Shown here in pieces: positions 1-8,668 of a stretch of 64,000 bases of DNA (positions are counted from its first letter, which is position 1; every line of letters starts with the position of its first letter). Source of the DNA: Alphaproteobacteria bacterium (lineage in GTDB: Bacteria; Pseudomonadota; Alphaproteobacteria; JACZXZ01); assembly GCA_052143835.1 (NCBI GenBank), contig JBKQRV010000142.1, positions 8,995-72,994 on the forward strand, read 5' to 3'. The notes under the pieces are model-generated. The model ran no database searches and was not told the DNA's origin. It saw nothing but the letters and a program-made list of their open reading frames with translations. The translations under genes were made by a program, and so were the position numbers.

Positions 1-1
1 C

Positions 2-598
2 AAGTCATTGACCGGCAGCCTCGAGCAGGAGATCGCGAGGCGCAAGCACGCCGAGGTCGAGTTGGCGCATCTTGCCCGTCACGACGCCCTTACGGGCCTC
101 TCCAACCGCACCACCTTCTTCGAGCGCCTCAAGCTGGAGATCGGCCGGGCGAAGCGCGGCGAGACGAGGTTCGCGGTGCATTACATCGACCTCGACCATT
201 TCAAGGACGTGAACGACACCTACGGCCACCAGATGGGAGACCGCCTGCTTGCGCTCATCGCCGAGCAGCTCGAGAAGAACGTGCGGCAGATCGACCTCGT
301 GTCGCGCCTCGGCGGGGACGAGTTCGCCATCCTCCAGGACGGCATCCACAATCGCTCCGATGCGGAAACGCTCGCGACCAAGCTGCTCGACCAGCTCTCG
401 GACACCTTCGAGATCGACGGCAACCATATTCACATCGCCCCCAGCATCGGCATCGCGCTCTACCACGCCGACGCCGTCAGCGCGGACATGATCCTGGAGC
501 AGGCCGACCTCGCCATGTACCAAGCGAAGTCCGCGGGCCGCAGGTGCTATCGCTGGTACGACGCAGCGCCCGCCGCCAAGACTACCGGGCGGCCTTGA
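2..598 (+). CDS. GGDEF-domain diguanylate cyclase, C-terminal fragment (5' end lies outside the window)
   Basis: ORF 8..598 is in frame to the window edge. It carries GGDEF hallmarks (YIDLDHFKDVNDTYGH, RLGGDEFAIL) and a coiled-coil segment upstream. Confidence 0.75.
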   Translation, partial: KSLTGSLEQEIARRKHAEVELAHLARHDALTGLSNRTTFFERLKLEIGRAKRGETRFAVHYIDLDHFKDVNDTYGHQMGDRLLALIAEQLEKNVRQIDLVSRLGGDEFAILQDGIHNRSDAETLATKLLDQLSDTFEIDGNHIHIAPSIGIALYHADAVSADMILEQADLAMYQAKSAGRRCYRWYDAAPAAKTTGRP

Positions 599-650
599 TC
601 GGCGCCGGCCGGTACCGGCTTGCGTGAAAGGTCGCTACATCATTCATTGC

Positions 651-2321
651 TCAGCGGGCGCTGCCAGAGCCGGACGGGCGATCCGCCGCCAGCATGGCGG
701 CGAAGCGGGCGGTCTCGTCGCGCCATGGCGGGTCGCGCGCCGGGTCGTACGCGAAGTAGTAGGCGTTGCGCGCCGAGAGCCATTCGCGTGCCATCTCGAG
801 TGACAAGTGCTCCGCGTCGGGCACCTGGAGCTCGTGGATGGTTGCGTCGAGATAGACGAGCCGAAAGAGATTGCCGTCGCCGAAGTCCCAGCCGTCGTGA
901 CCCTTGACGGAATAAAGAATCGTCGCTCCGCGCGGCATCGCCGCGGGTGCCACCGGCGGCCGCTGCATGGCCTCGGCGTTCAGCTTGAAGAGCGGCATGC
1001 GGACGCGCACCTCGCGCGCGAAATTGCCGTGCTCCATGACGACGACGACGGCGAAGCTCACCAAGAGCGCACCGCCGAGCACCGCCCGCTGCTGGCCCGC
1101 AACGCGCCGCGCCAGTACTGCAAACGCGCGTCCGGCCATCACCGCATAGGCGGCGACGCAAATCACGTAGTGCCACGGCCGGCCGCCGCTGATGATGGGC
1201 GGTACCGCGGCCGCCATGAAAAGCGCCAGAAGGACAGCGAAGCTCGCGAGCTCGGGCCTGTCGCGCTTGAGCGCCGCGGTGCCGACGTGCCAGGCTATCG
1301 CCGCGAGCAGGGCCGCGCCGAAGACTGTGTTCCACGGATTGTCCTGAATCCAGGTCATCCCCCAAGTGACCATGGGCCACTTGAAGATGTGGGCCACCCC
1401 GAACGGGCCGCTCACGAGATTGCTGAGGACGATCTGCGGATTGAATGCCACGCGATAGGCTGCGGCGGGGTCGTGCGAGACCGTGAACATAGCGAGGCCG
1501 TAGTGCGGGAAAAAGACGAGCCGGAGGTACGCCACCGAAAGTGCTGCGATCAGGAGGAAGCACGTCACGCGTCGCCGCCGCAGCCGCCGGCGCTCCGCCT
1601 CGGCAAGCCGAGCCTCGGCGGAGATCGGCCCCAGCAGGCGCTCGATGAGCAGCACCAGGAGGAGAAACCCCGGAAGTGCGATCGACTGCTCCTTCGAGGT
1701 CAGCGCAACAAGGTAGAGCACGACCGCGAGCGCCAGCCATGCCTTACCCCATCTGCCGGCGAACGCGCGGCCGCAAAACAGCACGGCGGCCGAGATGACG
1801 CAGAGATGATTGATTAAATAAAACCCGACCGCCTCGTAGATGTGCGTGAACATCAGCGGATGGACGACCGCGAACACCGCGGCAGCCGACGCCGCCAGGC
1901 GGTCTCCCTCCATGAGGGTGATCGCAAGCCCATACACGCCCACGCCGAAGGCGAAGAGGAGGACGAACGCGGCGGCCCTGTACGCCGCGATGTCATGCCA
2001 GCCGGCGAGGCGGCTCATCAGCTGGTAATAGACGTAGAAGTCCGTCGGTCGGTAGAAGAACGCCGTGAAATCGAGATATCTGTCGAGGAGGCCGCGCCAG
2101 GTGAGCCCGTCGTTGACCGCGAAGGATAACGCATGCTCGGGGTTGAAGGTCGGATAGTCGAAGCTCCGAGCATAAACGGCGGCCATCGCGAGTGCCACCG
2201 CAGACAGGCCGGCGATGCCCGACGCAAGGCCTCGGCGCGCGAAAAAGCTACCCGCGGGCATGTGCGGAACTTGTCCCGCGTCGTCGCTGATCGGATTCCG
2301 CAGTCGGGGACTCCACGGCAC
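651..2321 (-). CDS. polytopic membrane protein, GT-C fold glycosyltransferase-like (ArnT/PMT-type) candidate
   Basis: 556-aa ORF with many predicted TM helices and a large C-terminal soluble domain. It lies directly downstream of the GT2 polyprenyl-phosphate glycosyltransferase in the same operon. The N-terminal start is uncertain (alternative Met at 2261). Confidence 0.5.
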   Translation of the reverse strand: MPWSPRLRNPISDDAGQVPHMPAGSFFARRGLASGIAGLSAVALAMAAVYARSFDYPTFNPEHALSFAVNDGLTWRGLLDRYLDFTAFFYRPTDFYVYYQLMSRLAGWHDIAAYRAAAFVLLFAFGVGVYGLAITLMEGDRLAASAAAVFAVVHPLMFTHIYEAVGFYLINHLCVISAAVLFCGRAFAGRWGKAWLALAVVLYLVALTSKEQSIALPGFLLLVLLIERLLGPISAEARLAEAERRRLRRRRVTCFLLIAALSVAYLRLVFFPHYGLAMFTVSHDPAAAYRVAFNPQIVLSNLVSGPFGVAHIFKWPMVTWGMTWIQDNPWNTVFGAALLAAIAWHVGTAALKRDRPELASFAVLLALFMAAAVPPIISGGRPWHYVICVAAYAVMAGRAFAVLARRVAGQQRAVLGGALLVSFAVVVVMEHGNFAREVRVRMPLFKLNAEAMQRPPVAPAAMPRGATILYSVKGHDGWDFGDGNLFRLVYLDATIHELQVPDAEHLSLEMAREWLSARNAYYFAYDPARDPPWRDETARFAAMLAADRPSGSGSAR

Positions 2322-2646
2322 TGTTCGCCATCTTGGCCGACACGCACCGGATGGCTTGAATTCCGAGTCTCAGTATGCGCTCCCGGGCCCCCGCGGGCCA
2401 ATACGAAGCTCCACGCGGCTCGCTGCGGCGCGCGAGCACCGCAACCAGCTCCGCGTCGGGCTCGAGGCAAAGCCACGCCGCCTCTCGTCCGGAACACAGC
2501 ACCCGGGTCGTTCCGCCGATGCCTGGCCCCACCTCCAGCACGCGGCGGCCGATATAGGGTCTCAGCAGGCTGGCAAAATAGCCCTTCCACGTCGTCGCGT
2601 CGCGGAACAGCTCGAGTTCGCCACCTTGATAGCGGCAAACCGACAT
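2248..2646 (-). CDS. short class I SAM-dependent methyltransferase-like protein (possibly truncated or pseudogene)
   Basis: Internal Met of ORF 2248..3123. Motif I is VLEVGPGIGGTT and motif II-like is LCLEPD. The ORF is only about 132 aa and its C-terminus looks non-globular; the start abuts the stop of the GT2 gene. Confidence 0.35.
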   Translation of the reverse strand: MSVCRYQGGELELFRDATTWKGYFASLLRPYIGRRVLEVGPGIGGTTRVLCSGREAAWLCLEPDAELVAVLARRSEPRGASYWPAGARERILRLGIQAIRCVSAKMANSAVESPTAESDQRRRGTSSAHARG

Positions 2647-2648
2647 CG

Positions 2649-3656
2649 TCAGGCAACCGGCAGGAGCCGTCGCCAGCCGCGAACGAACACCGAGCCATGG
2701 ACGGCCGGCACCATCTGCATGGTGCCGCGCTCTCGAAGCGTGACAAGGCTGGCCGTCAACAGGATGAACAGCACCTGCATGACAATAATGAGCAGAAATC
2801 CCAACATCATCGATGTCCAGCCGCGGATCGCCAGGTCGGTGAAGAGCCGCACGTAGAGCACCACCGCGGCAGCCGCCACGCTGATCCCAATCACGAATCC
2901 GGCCAACCTGACGATCGCCGCATCGGAGAATACGGAAATGGCCTGCAGGCCGTGCTGGATCAGAGCGACGAAGTTCATGTGCGAATGACCAACGAACCGC
3001 CTGCCGCGGTGGCAAGGAACCAGGACGTAGGGTACCCGCGAACGCATCGCGGTCGCAGGCAAGCTGTTCCACATATTGGACATGTAGGCGAGGCGGCGCA
3101 CCACGTCCGGCGACGCCACGCAATAGTTTCCGAACGAGATGGCATATCCGGTCAGCAACCGGTAGAGCAGCTTGTAAATCTGGTAAAATACGGTGAAAAC
3201 CAAGCCCTCGGAGCGGCTGATCCGCTGGGCGAGCACGAGCTGCCTATCCCCTGTTTCATAGGCCTTCAACAGGCGAGGAACATCGTTGGGATCGTCCTCG
3301 CCGTCGGCGTCCATGACCACGAGGGCGTCATAGCCCTCCCGCTTGGCCAACTCGGAAAGGCCGACCGCGAGCGCGCGCTGATGGCCCATATTGCAATTGA
3401 GGTCGAGGATCTCCAATGAGCGCAGGTGTCGCAACCCGACCGTGCGGCCGAAATCGGCGGGCATCTCCACGGTCGAGCCGTCATTCACGCCGATCACCGA
3501 CGCCTCGAGCCCGAGCTCGTCAGAAACCCTGTCCAGATGCATCAACAGAATGCCGAACGCATCCCAGTCGTTGAAGACCGGGACCACGAACGAGACGCGC
3601 TTCACGGCAGCAGGCTTGGTTTGGAGGGAACCGTCGGTCATCGTGCCCTGGGTCAC
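2649..3656 (-). CDS. GT2 family glycosyltransferase, polyprenyl-phosphate sugar transferase (ArnC/GtrB/DPM1-like)
   Basis: 335 aa. N-terminal GT-A domain (VSFVVPVFND, VIGVNDGS, VVMDADGEDDP) followed by two C-terminal TM helices, typical of the ArnC/GtrB family. Confidence 0.8.
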   Translation of the reverse strand: MTQGTMTDGSLQTKPAAVKRVSFVVPVFNDWDAFGILLMHLDRVSDELGLEASVIGVNDGSTVEMPADFGRTVGLRHLRSLEILDLNCNMGHQRALAVGLSELAKREGYDALVVMDADGEDDPNDVPRLLKAYETGDRQLVLAQRISRSEGLVFTVFYQIYKLLYRLLTGYAISFGNYCVASPDVVRRLAYMSNMWNSLPATAMRSRVPYVLVPCHRGRRFVGHSHMNFVALIQHGLQAISVFSDAAIVRLAGFVIGISVAAAAVVLYVRLFTDLAIRGWTSMMLGFLLIIVMQVLFILLTASLVTLRERGTMQMVPAVHGSVFVRGWRRLLPVA

Positions 3657-3796
3657 TTCAATCGGCGCCGGCCAGCTCTGCTCTTGCCATCAACGAATAG
3701 CACACCACCCGACCGATGAGCCACAGCGGAGGCGCTCGGCGGACCATGCGAGCTTCGGCGGGGTTGCGCCCTAAACGCGGTTGGGGCCGAGAATGG

Positions 3797-4738
3797 CTAG
3801 CTCGCCAGGCCCCGGAAATAGTCGATCGTGCGCTTAAGTCCCTCCTCGAGCGGCACCTTGGGCGTCCAGCCGAGCGTCTTCTGGGCGAGCGAGATGTCGG
3901 GGCAGCGTTGCACGGGATCGTCGGCGGGAAGCGGATGGTGCTCGATCCTGGATTTCGATCCGGTGAGCGAGATCGTCAGCTCGGCCAGCTCGCGCATGCT
4001 GACTTCCTGGGGATTGCCGAGATTGATGGGCCCGGGGACATCGCCCGAGAGCGCCATGAAGCGCACGAACGCCTCGATCATGTCGTCGACGAAGCAAAAG
4101 GCGCGCGTCTGGCTGCCGTCGCCGAAGAGCGTGATCGGCTCGTTGCGCAAAGACTGCTGCACGAAATTGGATACCACACGGCCGTCGTTCGGGTGCATGC
4201 GCGGGCCATAGGTGTTGAAGACCCGGGCGACGCGGATCGACACGCCGTATTGCCGGTAATAATCGAAGAAAAGGGTCTCCGCGCAGCGCTTGCCCTCGTC
4301 GTAGCAGGCGCGGGGGCCGAGCGGGTTGACGTTGCCGCGGTAGCTCTCGGGCTGGGGATGGACCTCGGGGTCGCCGTATACCTCGCTGGTCGAGGCCTGG
4401 AAAACGCGCGCCTTGATGCGCGTGGCCAAGCTGAGGACGTTGATGGCGCCGAGCACGCTCGTCTTGGTGGTCTGCACTGGGTCGAACTGATAGTGGATGG
4501 GCGAGGCCGGGCAGGCCAGATTGTAGATCTCGTCGACCTCGACTTGGACCGGCACGCTGACGTCGTGGCGAAGCAGCTCGAAGTATGGATGGGAGACGAG
4601 GTGCGCGACGTTGTCCTTGAGTCCGGTGAAGAAGTTGTCCAGGCACAACACGTCGCAGCCCTCGGCGAGCAGCCGGTCGCACAGATGCGAGCCGATAAAT
4701 CCGGCGCCGCCGGTCACGAGCACGCGTCTTCTTACCAT
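3797..4738 (-). CDS. uxs: UDP-glucuronate decarboxylase (UDP-xylose synthase), SDR family
   Basis: 313 aa. Has the [13 protein letters not shown] Rossmann motif and the YDEGKR catalytic motif, with end-to-end similarity to UXS/ArnA-decarboxylase enzymes. Confidence 0.88.
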   Translation of the reverse strand: MVRRRVLVTGGAGFIGSHLCDRLLAEGCDVLCLDNFFTGLKDNVAHLVSHPYFELLRHDVSVPVQVEVDEIYNLACPASPIHYQFDPVQTTKTSVLGAINVLSLATRIKARVFQASTSEVYGDPEVHPQPESYRGNVNPLGPRACYDEGKRCAETLFFDYYRQYGVSIRVARVFNTYGPRMHPNDGRVVSNFVQQSLRNEPITLFGDGSQTRAFCFVDDMIEAFVRFMALSGDVPGPINLGNPQEVSMRELAELTISLTGSKSRIEHHPLPADDPVQRCPDISLAQKTLGWTPKVPLEEGLKRTIDYFRGLAS

Positions 4739-4822
4739 GGCTTCCCCCGCCGCCGTTCATCAGCGTAAGCTTACCGATACTACGGCATGCACGCCAGCCG
4801 AGCCGGTCCGAGCCGACTTCGG

Positions 4823-5785
4823 CTATGCCGCCGCGAGCCGGGGAAAGAGCTCGAGCGCATTGCCCCGCTCGATCGCAAGCAGGTCGGCAGCGGCAAGGCC
4901 GAGCGCTTTGAGGCCGCGCACGCTCGCCGTCATCGTCGCCTCGGGTGCGAAGGGATAGTCGCTGCCGAAGAGAACGTTCGCCGCCGGCACCAGCTCGAGA
5001 AGTGCGCGGAAGGCGAAGCGGTTGGCCGAGAGTGCGGTGTCGTAGCGCAGGCGCTTGAGCTCCGCCACCACGCCGTCGGGCACGCTCTTCTTGAATTCCG
5101 GCCTGGCCTCGAGGCGCGCTATGCGCTCGGCGAGGAAGGGCACCGCCCCGCCCGCGTGCGAGAAGATGAAGCGGATGTTGCGGCAGCGCGTGAAGGTGCC
5201 GCCGATGAGGAGGCTCACGATGGCGCGCGTCGTGTCGAAGGGGAACTCGAGCGTCGCGGCCGGGATGGTGTCGAGCGCGAAGCCGCAAAGCGCCGCGGTC
5301 GGATGGAAGTAGACGACGGCCTTGCGGCGATCGAGCTCGTCGAATACGGGCGCGAAGTCCGCCTCGCCCGGGTAGCGGCCGGCATAGTTCGTCATCAGGC
5401 CAATACCGTCCGCCTTGAGCACGTCGAGCGCATAGCCGATCTCGCTGAGACTCGCGTCCACGTCAGGAAGCGGCAGGCTCGCGAACATGCCGAAGCTCAT
5501 GGGACGGTCCCGCCTGAGCTCCGCCGCGTAGTCGTTGCAATGGCGGGCCAGGGCCTGGGTCGCCTTCGCATCGCCGAACCACAGGCCGGGCGTCGAAATG
5601 GAGGTCACCGCGCCCGCGATGCCGTTCCTCGCCATCGCCTCGAGCGAGCGCTCGGGCGACCACTCCGGCGTACGGCCGGAGACCGTGAGCGGGCCGATGC
5701 GCGCCTCTCCCACCGCCGCCACGTACTGCGGCGGCAGGATGTGGTGGTGCACGTCGATCAGGCCAGGCGTCGTCGCTGCGGCCAT
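4823..5785 (-). CDS. amidohydrolase-2 family metal-dependent hydrolase/decarboxylase (ACMSD-like)
   Basis: IDVHHHILP metal-binding motif near the N-terminus and TIM-barrel amidohydrolase_2 features. Start set at the internal Met (MAAATTPGLIDVHHH). Confidence 0.7.
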   Translation of the reverse strand: MAAATTPGLIDVHHHILPPQYVAAVGEARIGPLTVSGRTPEWSPERSLEAMARNGIAGAVTSISTPGLWFGDAKATQALARHCNDYAAELRRDRPMSFGMFASLPLPDVDASLSEIGYALDVLKADGIGLMTNYAGRYPGEADFAPVFDELDRRKAVVYFHPTAALCGFALDTIPAATLEFPFDTTRAIVSLLIGGTFTRCRNIRFIFSHAGGAVPFLAERIARLEARPEFKKSVPDGVVAELKRLRYDTALSANRFAFRALLELVPAANVLFGSDYPFAPEATMTASVRGLKALGLAAADLLAIERGNALELFPRLAAA

Positions 5786-5973
5786 TTCATTCCCTCCCAC
5801 GCACCCTTCGCGAGCCCCCTCGCCGCCCCGGCCCGCGCGCGGCCCTGCCAATCTAGCAGAGCCGCTCGAACGATGTCGATTTGGCGATCACGTTTCCGCC
5901 GGGGCGCGGGCATCGCAGAAGCCCGGCCGATCGATTAGAATGGGCGGAAACGCGCGCAAACGAGGTTCGCATC

Positions 5974-7464
5974 ATGGCTGAATACGACGTGATCGTGGTC
6001 GGCGCCGGCAACGCCGCGATGTGCGCGGCCCTTGCCGCGCGCGAGCAGGGCTGCCGCGTGTTGGCACTCGAGCGGGCACCGCTTGACGAGCGCGGCGGCA
6101 ACTCGACCTTCACGGCCGGCGCCATCCGCGTCGCCTACAACGGGCTCGAGGACCTGCTCGAGCTCATGCCCGACCTCTCCGAGGAGGAGCGGCGCAACAC
6201 CGATTTCGGGACCTACAGCGAGGACCAGTTCTTCGACGACATGGCGCGGATCACCCAGCATCGGGCCAACCCGGACCTCGTCGAGCTCTTGATCCGCCGC
6301 AGCCACCCGACGCTCAAATGGCTGCGCACCAAGGGCGTGCGCTTCGTGCCCATCTACGGCCGGCAGGCCTTCAAGGTCGACGGCAAGTTCAAGTTCTGGG
6401 GCGGGCTCACCGTCGAGACGTGGGGTGGGGGTCCCGGCCTGGTCGACGCGCTCCACAAGGCCGCCCAGGCGAACGGCATCGAGGTGCGCTACGAGAGCCG
6501 CGCGCTCGGCCTGCTCGCCGACGACTCGGGCGTGCGCGGCGTGCGCGTCAAGGCCAAGGGCGTCACCCAGGAGCTCGGCGCCAAAGCCGTGGTGCTCGCC
6601 TGCGGCGGCTTCGAGGCGAACGCCCATTGGCGCACGCGTTATCTCGGCCCCAATTGGGATCTGGCCAAGGTGCGCGGCACGCGCTTCAACACCGGCGACG
6701 GCATCCGCATGGCGCTCGAGGTCGGCGCGCAGTCATGCGGCAACTGGTCGGGCTGCCACGCCGTGGGCTGGGACCGCAACGCGCCCGAGTTCGGCGACCT
6801 CGCCGTCGGCGACGGCTTCCAGAAGCACAGCTATCCCTTCGGCATCATGGTCAACGCGAGGGGCTTGCGCTTCGTCGACGAGGGTGCGGACTTCCGCAAT
6901 TACACCTACGCCAAGTACGGCCGCGTGATCCTCGAGCAGCCCGGCCAGTTCGCCTGGCAGATCTTCGATCAGAAGGTGGTGCACCTGCTGCGCGATGAAT
7001 ATCGCATCCGGCGCGTGACCAAGGCGCAGGCCGACACGCTCGAGGAGCTCGCCGGCAAGCTCGAGGACGTGGACGCGGAGCGCTTCCTCGCGACGGTCAG
7101 CGAATACAATGCCGCCGTCGATCAGACGGTCCCCTTCAATCCGAACGTCAAGGACGGCCGTGCCGCGAAGGGCCTCGCCGTGCCGAAGAGCAACTGGGCG
7201 AACACGATCGAGCGCCCGCCCTTCCTCGCCTTCGCCGTCACCTGCGGCATCACCTTCACCTTCGGCGGCCTGCGCATTACCAACGGCGGCCAAGTGGTCG
7301 ACACGGAGGGGCAGCCGATTCCGGGCCTCTATGCCGCGGGCGAGCTCGTCGGCGACATCTTCTACTTCAACTACCCCGGCGGCACCGGCCTCATGTCGGG
7401 TGCCGTCTTCGGCAAGATCGCCGGCACCTCGGCGGCCGCCGCCGCGAGCGGGGGAAATGACTAA
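5974..7464 (+). CDS. tcuA: FAD-dependent tricarballylate dehydrogenase TcuA-like flavoprotein
   Basis: Starts MAEYDVIVVGAGNAAMCAALAAREQG (FAD Rossmann) and has a GGNS motif. Length about 496 aa, with a GAGG RBS 9 nt upstream; ORF 5881 is an N-terminal extension artefact. Confidence 0.75.
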   Translation: MAEYDVIVVGAGNAAMCAALAAREQGCRVLALERAPLDERGGNSTFTAGAIRVAYNGLEDLLELMPDLSEEERRNTDFGTYSEDQFFDDMARITQHRANPDLVELLIRRSHPTLKWLRTKGVRFVPIYGRQAFKVDGKFKFWGGLTVETWGGGPGLVDALHKAAQANGIEVRYESRALGLLADDSGVRGVRVKAKGVTQELGAKAVVLACGGFEANAHWRTRYLGPNWDLAKVRGTRFNTGDGIRMALEVGAQSCGNWSGCHAVGWDRNAPEFGDLAVGDGFQKHSYPFGIMVNARGLRFVDEGADFRNYTYAKYGRVILEQPGQFAWQIFDQKVVHLLRDEYRIRRVTKAQADTLEELAGKLEDVDAERFLATVSEYNAAVDQTVPFNPNVKDGRAAKGLAVPKSNWANTIERPPFLAFAVTCGITFTFGGLRITNGGQVVDTEGQPIPGLYAAGELVGDIFYFNYPGGTGLMSGAVFGKIAGTSAAAAASGGND

Positions 7465-7467
7465 GTC

Positions 7468-7635
7468 TCAACACGGAGGACACGGAGGACACGGAGGACA
7501 CGGAGAAGAAAGCGAAAGACCTCCAAGGCGGAATGATACGAAGGGGACGAGTACGCATCGCGCATAAGCCTGCCCTGGCGTCATCTTGTTCCCTTTTCCC
7601 ATTTTCCTCCGTGCCCTCCGTGTCCTCCGTGGTGA
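7468..7635. repeat. self-complementary intergenic repeat element (copy 1), terminal inverted arrays of nonamer CACGGAGGA
   Basis: 7472-7505 carries 3.8 tandem copies of CACGGAGGA. 7606-7632 carries 3 copies of the reverse complement TCCTCCGTG. About 100 bp separates the arms. A second copy is at 31975-32177. Confidence 0.7.
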
Positions 7636-7670
7636 ATACTTACCAGCGACGATGGCGCGGGGAGAAAGGC

Positions 7671-8558
7671 ATGGCGATGGCAGAGAAAGAGCCGATCGGA
7701 TTCATCGGGCTCGGCGTGATGGGCGAGCCGATGTGCGCGAACCTCGCGCGCAAATGCGGTGTACCCGTGATCGCCTACGACATCCGCGCGGAGCCGCTCG
7801 CGCGGCTCGGCGCAGACGGCGTGCGCCCGGCCACCTCGGCGGCCGAGCTCGCGCGCGAGGCTGGCGTCGTGATGCTCTCGCTGCCGAGCGGGAACGAGCT
7901 CAGCACCCTTGCCGAGGGCGAGGAGGGCCTCCTTGCGATTTGCCGTCCGGGACAGCTCGTCGTCGATCTCGGCACCTCGCCCGTCGGGCTCACGCGCGCG
8001 CTCGCCGAGCGCTTCGCCCGCAAGGGCGTGGATTACGCGGACGCCCCCGTGGCCCGCACGCGCGAGGCGGCGAAAGCGGGAACTCTCAGCATCATGGTCG
8101 GCGCCAGCAAGGCCGTATTCCGGCGCCTTGAGCCGCTTCTCGCGTGCTTTGCCAGCGACATCACCCATTGCGGCGAGGTCGGCGCGGGCCAGGTGGTCAA
8201 GCTCGTCAACAACATGGTGCTCTTCGAGATCGGCACAGCGCTCGGGGAAGGCCTGGCACTTGCGCGCCGCGCAGGCGTCGAGGGCGAGCTCCTTTTCGCC
8301 ACCCTCACCAAGGGCTCGGCCGACAGCTTCGCGCTGCGCAATCACGGGATGAAGGCGATGCTTCCGGGCCTCTTCCCGGAGCGCGCCTTCTCGGCCGAAT
8401 ACGCGCTCAAGGACGTGAGCTATGCGCTCGAGCTGGCGAAGACCGTCGGCCTCGATCTGCGGGGTGCTGAGCTCGCGCGCACCATCCTCGGCGAAGCGAT
8501 CGCGGCGGGCCATGGCGCCCTCTACTGGCCGGTGATCGCAAAGCTGATCGACGCCTGA
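7671..8558 (+). CDS. NAD(P)-dependent oxidoreductase, 3-hydroxyisobutyrate dehydrogenase / 2-hydroxy-3-oxopropionate reductase family
   Basis: IGFIGLGVMG dinucleotide-binding motif with a HIBADH-type catalytic and C-terminal helical domain; 295 aa from the internal Met. Confidence 0.8.
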   Translation: MAMAEKEPIGFIGLGVMGEPMCANLARKCGVPVIAYDIRAEPLARLGADGVRPATSAAELAREAGVVMLSLPSGNELSTLAEGEEGLLAICRPGQLVVDLGTSPVGLTRALAERFARKGVDYADAPVARTREAAKAGTLSIMVGASKAVFRRLEPLLACFASDITHCGEVGAGQVVKLVNNMVLFEIGTALGEGLALARRAGVEGELLFATLTKGSADSFALRNHGMKAMLPGLFPERAFSAEYALKDVSYALELAKTVGLDLRGAELARTILGEAIAAGHGALYWPVIAKLIDA

Positions 8559-8600
8559 CGCCCTGCCTCGCCCTGCCGCACCCGGAATGATATCAAACGA

Positions 8601-8628
8601 TTGACATTGTCGATCGATCGATATAAAT
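8601..8628 (+). promoter_or_regulatory. sigma70-like promoter (TTGACA ... TATAAAT) with embedded 12-bp palindrome TCGATCGATCGA (candidate TetR operator)
   Basis: TTGACA at 8601-8606, TATAAAT at 8622-8628, perfect palindrome at 8610-8621. The TetR gene start (8669, AGGAA RBS) lies about 40 bp downstream. Confidence 0.55.
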
Positions 8629-8668
8629 GACCTTCTCGCGCCGACCCCGGCGCACGAGGAAAAGGCGC

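Noticed and set aside
5-523. 172-aa minus-strand ORF antisense to the GGDEF gene
   Set aside because: It fully overlaps a well-supported plus-strand GGDEF coding region and has no recognisable domain. It is a typical high-GC antisense open frame.
640-1817. Long overlapping ORFs (640..1740 minus, 807..1817 plus) inside the GT-C membrane protein gene
   Set aside because: They are Arg/Gly/Ala-rich alternative frames of a high-GC gene. The 651..2321 frame alone gives a coherent polytopic membrane protein.
7472-7505. Tandem nonamer CACGGAGGA repeats as a possible CRISPR array or His-Gly-rich coding repeat (HGGHGGHG in ORF 7109..7567)
   Set aside because: The repeats are 9 bp with no spacers, and are mirrored by an inverted copy 100 bp away, which is a MITE/REP-like structure. 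The His-Gly reading frame belongs to a spurious overlapping ORF.
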